From the NCBI GenBank assembly GCA_036743375.1, contig DAINPP010000002.1, forward strand, positions 74,757 to 138,756: 64,000 nucleotides of DNA. Reading direction: 5' to 3'. The translations under genes were made by a program, and so were the position numbers. This document shows, one piece after another, positions 28,249 through 38,266 of this stretch (positions are counted from its first letter, which is position 1; every line of letters starts with the position of its first letter). The stretch comes from Thermotogota bacterium (GTDB lineage Bacteria; Thermotogota; Thermotogae; MWEM01). The notes under the pieces are model-generated. The model saw only the letters and a list, made by a program, of their open reading frames with translations, searched no databases and was not told where the DNA came from.

Positions 28249-28541
28249 AATTAATGCACCCCCGTCTATATTTTATATACCGTTATTATATCAGCTTTTT
28301 TACCGTTTGAAACCGTAAAATCCGCTTATCTGTTCGGAAACATAACTTTTCATTTTTAAATCGTCAATAAACGGCATCATATAATCACCCTCGATGAGGA
28401 GGAACACTCTTTTCCCCTATCCGATCATCCACTTTAAAAGGCCGAACATTGAAAAACAATTTGTTTTTTTGATCAATCTTCACATAAACAGGTGTTCGTA
28501 TACGAAGTAGATCGTGTTTACCGATGGTATGCCCTTTCTCT

Positions 28542-28569
28542 TTGCGAAGAATTTCCGCTGTGCTATAAT
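28542..28569 (+). promoter_or_regulatory. Promoter of the giant lipoprotein gene: TTGCGA -35, 16-bp spacer, extended -10 TGcTATAAT
   Basis: -35 at 28542-28547; TGcTATAAT at 28561-28569; about 40 nt upstream of the ATG. Confidence 0.6.
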
Positions 28570-28609
28570 TTAAACAAATAAAATTCAACAGGGAGGTAAA
28601 ATATTACCC

Positions 28610-31600
28610 ATGAAGAAAATACTTTTTACGTTAATATTAATCATTTCATTAGTCTTTGTGTTTGTATCCTGTGCAAACCTGAAGCTTCCCGAAAGGATCA
28701 TTCACACATTGAATCTGAAAATACCCGGTTTGAACGAAAGATTCAAATTGGCTCCATTCGCCACAGAAACAACTGAAGCTTCGATCGTTTCAGTGCTTCC
28801 TGGATTCAAATTCATCACAGAGGATGGAACGGCGATGAGACTCTATTATGCCACACAAGTCAGCATCGGCTATGATGATATTTCAGAAAAGCTGGAGATT
28901 GATATTCAGTCATTGAAAGATGAGGCCTCTATTTCCTCTATCAGTACGAGCGTCGATATCGCCTTTTCAGATAAACTCGGTGACTTCACACTGCCGACGA
29001 TAGAAGCCTCATTCACACTGCCGGATTTTCAGATGGAAGGGACTTCGCTCATCATCAATTTTGACAAACCGGAGATAAATATCACCATCGCGTCGGAAAC
29101 CGTTGATGTGAACAGGCTTTACGTTGCAACGGAAACGGTCAGAAACATGCTGTTTAACAATACCAACATCACCGACGGGGTCATCATAAAGGGTGGAACC
29201 ATCGACATAACGGCAACAAACACGACCGATGCAACCTTCACCATTTCATTAAAGGCGGAGAATACGCCCAACACATTCGCTCAGTCCGGAGAAATAACGA
29301 TCACCGGAGGAGATAATCCCTCCCCGGTTTCCTTCCGTGGCGGAACGGGCCAGATTAACCTTGATATCGATGACATTCTGAGTGAAGACGCCACCATTAC
29401 GTTCGTTTCAACGGCCCTCGAACTCCCCCTCAAAGGGGGAACGCTGACATTGGACTTTGATATCAGCGATCTGGAAATTCTACTCGATAAGACCGAGTCG
29501 GCTTCAAATACGATCCCCGTCATAGCCGGGTCACCAGTTCGTACATGTGGAACGGTCTTTTCAATCAACACGGGATTGACTGAAGAGGCCACCTTGACAG
29601 GGGGAACACTTCAGGTATCGGGGGAGAACAATGCAGACAGCGAAATAGAATCTATGACCGTGAGTGTTCGAAATGAAAAGGGTGAAGTCATCGCAACACT
29701 CGATCTTGACAACGTGCCGGTATCCGATACTCAATACCGGACAACACCTTTCAGTACACCGGTTTTCATCAGCGACACGGCAAGTCTCACCGTTCTTGCC
29801 ACTTTAACGACGTTGCCCGCAACGGACGGCAGTATTACGATAACGGCAACCTTTAACGGGATACAGGTTCAGATTGCCAATCCGGTGAATTTTTCCGCCG
29901 AAGAGATAGAATTCGGATCGGCTCCGGATTTTGGAAGCAGCAGTCTCTTTACCATAGAACAACTCGCCACCGATACCGGTGAGCTCTCCGTAAATCCGGC
30001 AACACTGACCATCAACGTAAAAGGGCAGCAGGAGCTGGACGGATTGGGACTTGATCTGAATATACTGATCAACGATACGTCGAAGGGGACCTTTGATCTC
30101 AACATGGGGCAGGCCACGGGTCTCGTCATGGACCTCTCGGATACACGCTTCACGAGACAGGGAACCTTCACGATTCTTGCAACCCCTTATCTTGCACCGG
30201 ATAATACGCGGGCCTTCTTCGAAGGGCATCCTGAATTCGAGCCTTTTATCGATATGCAGCTGCTTTACGGAACGGATGTCATCCTCGACACACCAATCAC
30301 ATACAGCACTTCGGAAAGGGTAGAGACCGGACTCACTTCCGATTTTATCTTCGACAGTGTAACACTTAACGGGACACTTTCTTTCGATACGGCTATTCAG
30401 ACCTTGCCTCTTGAAGAGGATTATTCCGCTTCTGTAACGATAAAGGAGATCTTCGGAAAAACGATCGTGGCTACGTCCGTCGGTAATGGCAGCAATCGGA
30501 TAAACATAGATGGAAGTACGATCGGGGCCACCGATCTCGAGATCAGATTTGATTTTGTCACAGCGGAAGAACCGGTCAACATTGACTTCAACACGGAATA
30601 TGATGCCTCCGCCACGGCTATTCCGGACATCGGTATTTCAAACATTGCGAATCTCACGTTAAAGCCGGAAAGCTCATCACAGGCCATTCCACCAGTCAGC
30701 GGTCTTGTTCATGCAACCTTCCAGAGCGCAGACCTGAATATCGCCGTTGATTCCGATGCCCCTGCCATTGCACAGAGATTGTTCACCAGGGATATAAACC
30801 TGGATACGTTCAAGGCCACCTTGACAACGACAACAGATGCGTATCTCATAGAGTTCACGAGATCTGGTGATCTATATACGGCAAGCCTTGCCGATATCGA
30901 ACTCAACGGAGAGGGGGCAACACTGACACTCGGACCCCTTTCACTCGAATTCACCGATGAGGACGCCCTGAATCTCCCAAATCAGATCGATATCGCGGCC
31001 AGCATGACCAACGTCGTTTTCAGTCAGATCACCGTTGATGTCGCCGATTTCTATGACGATCTACAGGTAGCAGAATCTGAAACGTTTGATATACCGGAAG
31101 AGGCAAAGGATTATATCAAAGCCATCGTTCTTTCGGGAGATCCGAGGGTGAAGATCGAATGGTTCAACAACACACCGCTTGAATTCAACATCAGGGCGGC
31201 CGTCTCCAACGATATCCTTGACGAGTTCATCACGCTTTCCAACACGGGTGATGCGGCCAGTACAACCTGGATTGATCTGCCAAAGATCATCGATATAGAA
31301 GGCCTGGATTCCGTTTCGTTTGACCTTGAAGCGTCCCCGAATGGGCTCAATGCTGCTGAACAGCAGCTCACGATCAACAATTTCGTCTTCGACGCGCTGG
31401 ATGATTACAGAGTTGCGGCTACGGTTACCTTCAGAGATTTTTCTGAAAGCGTCATGCCGAGAGGTGAGACGATTACGATCAGTGAAGTCGTTCTCTATGG
31501 GGAAATCGATGAAGCCCTGTTCGATTTCATGAGGGATCAATTACCGGCTTTCTGGACGGACTATGCCGGTCAGATTCAGATCGATGATACACTGACGGAG

Positions 31601-32326
31601 GCCTTTGTAGAAATTGATGAAAAGATTCTGACTGAAAATCCGGATCTTGTGGCTACACTAACCATCTCCGGTAAGCCATCGGGCATCATCATCTCTGAAA
31701 TTCCGATAACGCTCGATACCGACACTCATTTTGAAGCGAATATCAATGAATTTCTTTCAAACCCGAGTACGGATCTTTCGTTCGGCATCGTTGCCCAAAT
31801 TGATGAGGCAACGGTAAATCTTGACAGTATCAGCGAAGATGCAACAGACCTGTTCGCCGCCAGTGTAACGGTCAGCATACCGGTCAGGTTCACGGTGGCT
31901 GAAGATATTTCGCTGCTCAGTGATACGATAAATCTCGAGGATGAACTGAACATCGAACTGAATGACCTGGATGCCATACTGAACATGATTCAATCCGCTA
32001 CCGCCGTTGTAACGGCTGTCAACAACTCCGGTGTTTCGGTTAAACTGGAACTCAGATGGGATTCGGCAGCCGGTGAACCGATCATCACCAATCCGCAGGG
32101 TGGGGCACTTGTTACACTAACAGACGGCACGTCCTCAAAATTCATCGTTACACTCGGTTCCGGAAACGATGCAAAGGACTTGCTTGAAAAGAATATCTAT
32201 GCACACATCATTCTTCCCGATTCAAACGGAGAATATTACACCATCATGGGAGATTCCGCCGTTGATCTTTCTATCTACCTCGATACGGTCGTAAGAGTAG
32301 AAATCCCCCTGGAATCTGAAAGGTAG
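28610..32326 (+). CDS. Giant acidic Thr/Ser/Asp/Glu/Ile-rich lipoprotein (1238 aa), likely a cell-surface protein. No recognisable enzymatic domain
   Basis: Signal peptide with lipobox MKKILFTLILIISLVFVFVS-C. Only one other Cys. Low-complexity beta-rich composition. Own extended -10 promoter (TGcTATAAT), GGGAGG SD, and a strong bidirectional terminator directly downstream. Confidence 0.75.
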   Translation: MKKILFTLILIISLVFVFVSCANLKLPERIIHTLNLKIPGLNERFKLAPFATETTEASIVSVLPGFKFITEDGTAMRLYYATQVSIGYDDISEKLEIDIQSLKDEASISSISTSVDIAFSDKLGDFTLPTIEASFTLPDFQMEGTSLIINFDKPEINITIASETVDVNRLYVATETVRNMLFNNTNITDGVIIKGGTIDITATNTTDATFTISLKAENTPNTFAQSGEITITGGDNPSPVSFRGGTGQINLDIDDILSEDATITFVSTALELPLKGGTLTLDFDISDLEILLDKTESASNTIPVIAGSPVRTCGTVFSINTGLTEEATLTGGTLQVSGENNADSEIESMTVSVRNEKGEVIATLDLDNVPVSDTQYRTTPFSTPVFISDTASLTVLATLTTLPATDGSITITATFNGIQVQIANPVNFSAEEIEFGSAPDFGSSSLFTIEQLATDTGELSVNPATLTINVKGQQELDGLGLDLNILINDTSKGTFDLNMGQATGLVMDLSDTRFTRQGTFTILATPYLAPDNTRAFFEGHPEFEPFIDMQLLYGTDVILDTPITYSTSERVETGLTSDFIFDSVTLNGTLSFDTAIQTLPLEEDYSASVTIKEIFGKTIVATSVGNGSNRINIDGSTIGATDLEIRFDFVTAEEPVNIDFNTEYDASATAIPDIGISNIANLTLKPESSSQAIPPVSGLVHATFQSADLNIAVDSDAPAIAQRLFTRDINLDTFKATLTTTTDAYLIEFTRSGDLYTASLADIELNGEGATLTLGPLSLEFTDEDALNLPNQIDIAASMTNVVFSQITVDVADFYDDLQVAESETFDIPEEAKDYIKAIVLSGDPRVKIEWFNNTPLEFNIRAAVSNDILDEFITLSNTGDAASTTWIDLPKIIDIEGLDSVSFDLEASPNGLNAAEQQLTINNFVFDALDDYRVAATVTFRDFSESVMPRGETITISEVVLYGEIDEALFDFMRDQLPAFWTDYAGQIQIDDTLTEAFVEIDEKILTENPDLVATLTISGKPSGIIISEIPITLDTDTHFEANINEFLSNPSTDLSFGIVAQIDEATVNLDSISEDATDLFAASVTVSIPVRFTVAEDISLLSDTINLEDELNIELNDLDAILNMIQSATAVVTAVNNSGVSVKLELRWDSAAGEPIITNPQGGALVTLTDGTSSKFIVTLGSGNDAKDLLEKNIYAHIILPDSNGEYYTIMGDSAVDLSIYLDTVVRVEIPLESER

Positions 32327-32337
32327 ACAACGGGGAA

Positions 32338-32378
32338 TAAAAAAGACGGACTTCGATGAATAGAAGTCCGTCTTTTTT
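32338..32378. terminator. Strong bidirectional terminator between the giant lipoprotein gene and hutU
   Basis: aaaagacggacttc-gatgaata-gaagtccgtctttt, with flanking A and T runs. Confidence 0.8.
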
Positions 32379-32395
32379 CGTTGTTTTAAAATGGT

Positions 32396-34417
32396 TTATT
32401 TTCTGTTCTCAAAAACTCTCTCGATCAATTCATCATTAGCGACAAACGGCAGGGTAATATGATCCTCTCCAACATGCTGTTTATTATATTCGGCCACGGT
32501 TGAAATCGAATTTTCATTTCTCGCCCATGCCCTTCTCGCAACACCACCCATTACATCCCAGGGGATTGCCTTCATGATGATATCGTCCACTCTTTCACTC
32601 CCGTCAAGAACCAGTCCGAATCCGCCGTTAACCGCTTTCCCGATACCGACACCGCCACCGTTGTGAAGCGCGATGAGACTCATTCCCCTTGAGGCGTTCC
32701 CCGCAAAACACTGGGTAGCCATATCCGCCATGATCATACTGCCGTCCTTGATATTCGAGGTCTCCCTGTACGGGGAATCTGTCCCGCCCGTATCATGATG
32801 ATCCCTTCCCAGCATGACCGGTCCGATCTCGCCATCTCTGACCATCTGATTGAATTTCAGGGCAATATCCCTTCGGCCAAGCGCATCCTGATAAAGGATT
32901 CTCGCCTGTGTTCCAACAACGAGGCCATTCTGTTCCGCATCTCGGATCCATATATAATTATCCCTGTCCTGTCCCCTTCTCTCAGGATCTATACAGTTCA
33001 TTGCCGCCTTGTCCGTTTTCATAAGATCTTCATGCCTTCCACTGAGGCAGACCCATCTGAACGGTCCGTACCCGTAATCAAAGAGCATCGGCCCCATGAT
33101 ATCCTCTACATAGGAGGGGAAGATGAATCCTTCTGAAGTATCCACTTTATTCTTTGCGATACCCTTTTCTCCCGTATCAAACACGGCCTTCATAAAGCTG
33201 TTTCCATAATCGAAGAAATAGGTTCCTCTTTCAACGAGTGTCTTGATCAATTTGTAATGCTTCTTCAGGGTTTCATCTACAAGCTTCCTGAAGCCGGCCT
33301 TATCTTCTGCCAGCATGCTTGTCCTTTCATCAAAACTGAGCCCCTGCGGACAGTATCCGCCGTCATACGGTACATGACAGGAGGTCTGATCCGAAAGCAG
33401 TTCAATCTCCACATCCTTGTCGACGGCATACTCAAGCAGATCGACGATGTTCCCGTGATAGGCAAGTGAGGCGGCTTTCCCTTCATTTTTCAGATGATCT
33501 GCCGCTTTGAAGACCTCGGCCGGATCGGCGTACAGCTCATCGATCCACCCCTGAACCTTTCTTGTCTCGATCCTCGAAAGATCTACTTCGGCGATGATCC
33601 CCACACCATTTGCAATCTTTACGGCTTTCCCCTGTGCACCACTCATGCCACCAAGTCCGGAAGAGACAAAGATATGACCTTTCAGATCGCCATCTTCCGG
33701 TATTCCCAATTTAATTCTGCCGGCATTCAGAATGGTGTTGAACGTTCCGTGGACGATCCCCTGCGGTCCGATATACATCCATCCGCCGGCCGTCATCTGC
33801 CCGTAATTGGCAACACCAAGTGCCGCTGCCTTATGCCAGTCTTCCTGATTGTCAAACTGTCCGATCATCAGTGAATTCGTGATGATGACCCTCGGACTTG
33901 ACTTGTGTGATTTAAAGAGTCCCAGAGGATGTCCGGAAGAAACTACCAGTGTCTGTTCATCCGTCAGCTGTTCCAGATATTTTTTAATCAACCTGTACTG
34001 CATCCAGTTCTGGCAAACCTGCCCGGTTTCTCCATACGTAACGAGTTCATAGGGATAAAGGGCGATCTCAAAATCCAGATTGTTGTCTATCATCACCTGA
34101 CAGGCCTTTCCTTCGATACAGTTTCCCTTGTATTCCTCTATCGGCTTTCCGTAAAGTCTTCCCGCCGGTCTGTATCGATAACCGTAAATACGTCCCATAC
34201 TGTAAAGCTCATCGAGAAACTCCGGTGCGAGCTCTTCATGAAGCTGCTCCGGAATATACCTGAGCGCATTTTTTAAAGCCAGCTTGATCTCGCGTTCGTT
34301 GAGTGTCAGTTCCCTTTTCGGAGCTCTTCGGATTCCAGCCATGAATTCCTTTTTTTCCGGTAATTCATCGCTTAATCGAATAGTCATTGCCTCCATTGCC
34401 AGTACATTTTCTCTCAT
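32396..34417 (-). CDS. hutU: Urocanate hydratase (urocanase), long ~670-aa form
   Basis: Conserved blocks GQMTAGGWMYIGPQGIVHGTFNT, LVVSSGHPLG, GGGVGIG. No hutH, hutI or hutG nearby. Confidence 0.85.
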   Translation of the reverse strand: MRENVLAMEAMTIRLSDELPEKKEFMAGIRRAPKRELTLNEREIKLALKNALRYIPEQLHEELAPEFLDELYSMGRIYGYRYRPAGRLYGKPIEEYKGNCIEGKACQVMIDNNLDFEIALYPYELVTYGETGQVCQNWMQYRLIKKYLEQLTDEQTLVVSSGHPLGLFKSHKSSPRVIITNSLMIGQFDNQEDWHKAAALGVANYGQMTAGGWMYIGPQGIVHGTFNTILNAGRIKLGIPEDGDLKGHIFVSSGLGGMSGAQGKAVKIANGVGIIAEVDLSRIETRKVQGWIDELYADPAEVFKAADHLKNEGKAASLAYHGNIVDLLEYAVDKDVEIELLSDQTSCHVPYDGGYCPQGLSFDERTSMLAEDKAGFRKLVDETLKKHYKLIKTLVERGTYFFDYGNSFMKAVFDTGEKGIAKNKVDTSEGFIFPSYVEDIMGPMLFDYGYGPFRWVCLSGRHEDLMKTDKAAMNCIDPERRGQDRDNYIWIRDAEQNGLVVGTQARILYQDALGRRDIALKFNQMVRDGEIGPVMLGRDHHDTGGTDSPYRETSNIKDGSMIMADMATQCFAGNASRGMSLIALHNGGGVGIGKAVNGGFGLVLDGSERVDDIIMKAIPWDVMGGVARRAWARNENSISTVAEYNKQHVGEDHITLPFVANDELIERVFENRK

Positions 34418-34566
34418 TTTTATTCCCCCGTATACAAATCTGTTATCCGGTATTGATTATAACATGCTTCAGGAGAAGTCTTTTTTTATCCTTTTCGATC
34501 GATTTCGCAATTTTCTTCTCTCAGAAAGAATAACTTATTTAAATTTCAAATTATCTTTCATCTTTT

Positions 34567-34575
34567 TGATATAAT
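34567..34575 (+). promoter_or_regulatory. Extended -10 element (TGaTATAAT) for the acyltransferase/GltS-like/GT2 operon
   Basis: TGaTATAAT lies 22 nt upstream of the GTG start, with a weak -35. Confidence 0.45.
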
Positions 34576-34596
34576 AGACCATACTGAGGAAATCAG

Positions 34597-35676
34597 GTGA
34601 AAATCTTGCGAAAGAGGACTAAATTACTATGGAAAATTGGAATTCCATGTATCAGACTCTGGATAAGGCTCAGATACGATATCAAAGTAATCGGAGAATT
34701 GCCAAAACCACCTTATTTACTGCTTTCAAATCATTCACAGAATGTTGATCCCTTTTTTATACTAGCCGAAACTTCGAAGCCTGTTTCCTTTGTCATAAAC
34801 AACGCCGCTTTCCAGAACCCCGTTATAGGACTCGTTCTGCGATGGATAGACAGTATTCCGACTCAAAAATCATCGAAAGATGCCAAGACCGTCATGAGGA
34901 TCTTCCACTGGATAAAGGATGGAAGGATAGTGGGAATCTTTCCCGAAGGACATGCAACATGGGATGGGGAAAGTATCCCCGCGGTAGGGGCCACGGCAAA
35001 ACTGCTCAATCGCATCAAAATCCCGATCGTAACGATTACCATCAAGGGTGGATACTTGGTCAACCCCCGATGGGCAACCTATCGAAGAAAGGGAAAGATA
35101 GAAATACATATCGGAACCTTTGAAGATGAACAGGCGCTCGAAGCACTCAAACATTCCGACTGGCAATGGCAGGAGGAAACCGGGAATCTGTACAGGGGAA
35201 AAAATAAGGCCGTCGGTATCGAAAAGATCATGTGGTTCTGTCCGGAATGCGGGAGTTACCGGGGGATCCATTCCATCGGGGACAAAGTGGTCTGTAGAAA
35301 CTGTACTTATAAAAAAAACGTCAACGAAGACGGAAGGATCGGAGATCAAACGGTCAAACAGGTCCTTGATCGGCAGAGGGAATTGCTTAAGGTATACACC
35401 CTGAAGAAATTCCGACATGAATTCAGAAACTGCCGTCTGAAGATGTGGGGAAAAGGCAGAACTTTACGTTTGAAAAGAGAAAAAGGAACGCTGATCATCA
35501 CTGACGATCATCTGAAATTTAATGGTGAGGTCTACGAATTTCAGCGAATTTCGGGATTGAACACCTATGTATCAAGTATCGTTGAGTTTATATGCGATGA
35601 TAACAAACTGGTGAGGATCAAAACCAAAGAGGATTCCTTACTGATCACCGAATTATTAAAACTTATGGGGGTGTAG
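34597..35676 (+). CDS. Lysophospholipid/1-acylglycerol-3-phosphate acyltransferase family protein (PlsC-like) with a C-terminal Cys4 zinc-ribbon domain
   Basis: GTG start after a GAGGAA SD. Acyltransferase motif I NHSQNVD and motif III FPEG. C-terminal CPECG...CRNC. Confidence 0.65.
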   Translation: MKILRKRTKLLWKIGIPCIRLWIRLRYDIKVIGELPKPPYLLLSNHSQNVDPFFILAETSKPVSFVINNAAFQNPVIGLVLRWIDSIPTQKSSKDAKTVMRIFHWIKDGRIVGIFPEGHATWDGESIPAVGATAKLLNRIKIPIVTITIKGGYLVNPRWATYRRKGKIEIHIGTFEDEQALEALKHSDWQWQEETGNLYRGKNKAVGIEKIMWFCPECGSYRGIHSIGDKVVCRNCTYKKNVNEDGRIGDQTVKQVLDRQRELLKVYTLKKFRHEFRNCRLKMWGKGRTLRLKREKGTLIITDDHLKFNGEVYEFQRISGLNTYVSSIVEFICDDNKLVRIKTKEDSLLITELLKLMGV

Positions 35677-35678
35677 TC

Positions 35679-37031
35679 ATGTACTGGCAACAAATCGACG
35701 ATGTAATCTATATACTGATCCTTTTTGCCCTGGCTGTTCTGATGAAAAGACTTATTCCTGCATTCAGAAGATATCTCATTCCAAATTCTATCGTTGCAGG
35801 TTTTTTCGGTCTCCTGCTCGGGCCAAATCTTCTGAACCTGTTACCATTAAATCCGGACACACTTGGCGGAATCATCTACCATCTCATGGCCATAGGATTC
35901 ATCAGTCTCAGTCTTCGAACACCTGAAAAAACGGGTAAAAGCTGGAATTCCATGAATGCCGGAATGATCATCGTATCTACCTATCTGATACAGGGACTCC
36001 TGGGATTTGCCATGTCCTTTTTATGGAGCCTCGCGGATAAAAACGTTTCACCCATCATGGGGTTGATCCTTCCTATGGGATTTGGACAGGGACCCGGACA
36101 GGCCTTCTCAGTCGGAAACCAGTGGGAACAGCTCGGGATGCAGAATGGTGGTGCAATCGGTCTCGCCGTAGCCGCGGCCGGTTTTGGATGGGCCACCGTT
36201 GGTGGGATTATTATCCTCAACATCCTGCTGAAAAAGAAGAGAAAAAAGGATGCACCGGCTGAAGTGGAGATGAAAAAAGAGATTGTCGTCAAAGATTATG
36301 AATTTTCCGATATGGATGGCATGACCATTCAGTTTGTGTTCATCGGAATCATATATGCGGCGGTTTATCTGATCCTCGGCGGAGTCAACCGGTTACTCGC
36401 CTCATTTGGCACTTTTGGTGAAAGCCTCGGTTCCGTTCTCTGGGGATTCCATTTCGTCTTCGGTGCCATATTAGCCATTCTCTTCAGAACCGTTTACAAC
36501 AAGATGCACAAAAAAGGGGTGGCAAAGGAAAGATACCTGAACAACTTCATGCTCCAGAGAATCGCGGGATTCGTATTCGACTTCATGGTAGCCGCTTCCA
36601 TCAGTGCCGTGACCTTCAAGCGAATCGCCACCTCTTTCTGGCCGATCTTCTTCATCACCTTTGCCGGCGGTGTTCTGACCTTCTTCTACGTCTCCTTCAT
36701 CGTCAACCGGACGATGAAAGAGCATCGCCTCGCCAATACCATCGCGTTCTTTGGGCATCTGACCGGAACGATTTCCACGGGTATGGCGCTTTTAAGAGAA
36801 GTCGATCCGCTGATGAAAAGCGGAGCCCCTGAAAACATGATATTCGGAAGCGGGGTGGCCATTTTCTTTGGATTCCCGCTGATGGCTCTTCTGAGTTTAC
36901 CACCTATCGGATTAAAGACGGGAAATACGATGATGTACCTGTATACATTCCTCGGATTGATTGCCTATGCGGTGTTTTTGTACGTCTACTGGTATTTTCT
37001 TGCCAAAAGAAAGAACAAGAAGACCTATTGA
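35679..37031 (+). CDS. Polytopic membrane protein, GltS-like (sodium/glutamate symporter fold family)
   Basis: 450 aa with about 10-12 TM. LIPNSIVAGFFG...ISLSLR...LILPMGFGQGPGQA resembles GltS (IPEPVAGG...MSLRD...LSGGHGTGAA). It starts 3 nt after the acyltransferase stop. Confidence 0.45.
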   Translation: MYWQQIDDVIYILILFALAVLMKRLIPAFRRYLIPNSIVAGFFGLLLGPNLLNLLPLNPDTLGGIIYHLMAIGFISLSLRTPEKTGKSWNSMNAGMIIVSTYLIQGLLGFAMSFLWSLADKNVSPIMGLILPMGFGQGPGQAFSVGNQWEQLGMQNGGAIGLAVAAAGFGWATVGGIIILNILLKKKRKKDAPAEVEMKKEIVVKDYEFSDMDGMTIQFVFIGIIYAAVYLILGGVNRLLASFGTFGESLGSVLWGFHFVFGAILAILFRTVYNKMHKKGVAKERYLNNFMLQRIAGFVFDFMVAASISAVTFKRIATSFWPIFFITFAGGVLTFFYVSFIVNRTMKEHRLANTIAFFGHLTGTISTGMALLREVDPLMKSGAPENMIFGSGVAIFFGFPLMALLSLPPIGLKTGNTMMYLYTFLGLIAYAVFLYVYWYFLAKRKNKKTY

Positions 37032-38266
37032 TGAAGGGAAGTGAGGCTCCGATGAAAAAGATTCGCGAACGTGCGTTCATACAGATAGTGATCATCTTTC
37101 TCACGTTGATTATCGCTAATCTATGGAAGGATCCGGGGATGATCGAATTATCAGCAAAAGCGTTTTTAACCGTATCAATCGTGTTTTTTATCGTCATGCT
37201 TGTCAAGGTACTTAAGATGAAAAAAGATGAACAGGCGGCCTGGGCGGTTAATTCGTTTGATGATAGCCTGTCCGTCTGCATTACAACCGTCTGTAAGAAT
37301 GAAGGAGAGACGATACTCAATACCGTCAGGCATTATATGAGTTTTTCCGACAACGTGAGATTTGTCCTCTATGATGATCATTCCACAGACGGCTCCTTTG
37401 AAAGACTACAGGAGATGATGGAAACCTATAAAGGCCGACTTGTCCTGAAAAAGCTTAAAAAAAGGGATATTCAGATCCACCCGAAGGCCTTTGCCGTAGA
37501 GGATGCGTTCAACGAGATTGATTGTGATTATTTTCTGGTGATCGATTCGGATACGGTGATATCCGAGACCGATTTCAACCATGCGATCTGCGCCATGATC
37601 AACGAGAAGACGGATGTCCTGCATATCACGCGGAGAAACAACCTGAAACCCTGTCTTCCCTGTCAGATGGGGGACAAAGAGGAACTCATGAACATGGGAC
37701 TGCAGCTTCTGAGGCTTCAACCCGCTAATTTCCCGGGTTCGGGTTATTTTGTCAGGGCAACCCTCGTTAGGGACTTTAAATACGATGAAGACAGTCTGAG
37801 CGAAGACAATTATTTCCTCAAGGCGATCAAAAGGAAAACGGATAAGATCGAATTTTTCCTGACGCTTACCGCATCTGAAAGGGCTCCTGAGACTTTCGGA
37901 GATTTTGTAAAACAGAGGGTCAACTGGTTGAAGTTGGGGATTCCCTATTATCTGAAACAAGAATTGTCCCTGATGACACTCGGAAATATTCTCTTTACGC
38001 TGATCTTTTCGGCCCTGTTTAACCCGTTCAGTCCGGGACTCGTATTCATTGCATCCTGTACCGGTGTCATCCTCGGGATGCAGCTCGCCTTTGCCGTGGC
38101 GCTTACCCATGAAAATCCACTGAAGACCTTGTATCATACCCTCTGTTATCTCCTGACCATCGGCTATGTCCTGGGTTTTGTCTATTTCTGGCTTCAGATC
38201 ATGATATCTGCCGGAAAGAGTCGGTTTGCCGTAAAAAAGAACTGCATGGGTGAAAATGGGGTTTAA
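37028..38266 (+). CDS. Membrane-embedded family-2 glycosyltransferase (processive GT2-like, with N-terminal and C-terminal TM segments)
   Basis: DxD-type motifs YDDHSTDGS and IDSDTV, and a Q-R-V-N-W variant of QxxRW. Its ATG overlaps the upstream stop (ATGA). Alternative start at 37052. Confidence 0.6.
   Translation: MMKGSEAPMKKIRERAFIQIVIIFLTLIIANLWKDPGMIELSAKAFLTVSIVFFIVMLVKVLKMKKDEQAAWAVNSFDDSLSVCITTVCKNEGETILNTVRHYMSFSDNVRFVLYDDHSTDGSFERLQEMMETYKGRLVLKKLKKRDIQIHPKAFAVEDAFNEIDCDYFLVIDSDTVISETDFNHAICAMINEKTDVLHITRRNNLKPCLPCQMGDKEELMNMGLQLLRLQPANFPGSGYFVRATLVRDFKYDEDSLSEDNYFLKAIKRKTDKIEFFLTLTASERAPETFGDFVKQRVNWLKLGIPYYLKQELSLMTLGNILFTLIFSALFNPFSPGLVFIASCTGVILGMQLAFAVALTHENPLKTLYHTLCYLLTIGYVLGFVYFWLQIMISAGKSRFAVKKNCMGENGV

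Noticed and set aside
28385-28588. 67-aa minus-strand ORF between pepF and the giant lipoprotein gene.
   Set aside because: It lies across the -35, extended -10 and SD of the lipoprotein promoter. It has no SD of its own and no recognisable family, so it is most likely spurious.
29281-31993. Numerous antisense and alternative-frame ORFs (60-160 aa) inside the 1238-aa lipoprotein gene.
   Set aside because: They are nested within a long continuous ORF that has proper promoter, SD, lipobox and terminator. Their Ser/Arg-rich translations are what antisense frames of T/D/E-rich genes typically look like.
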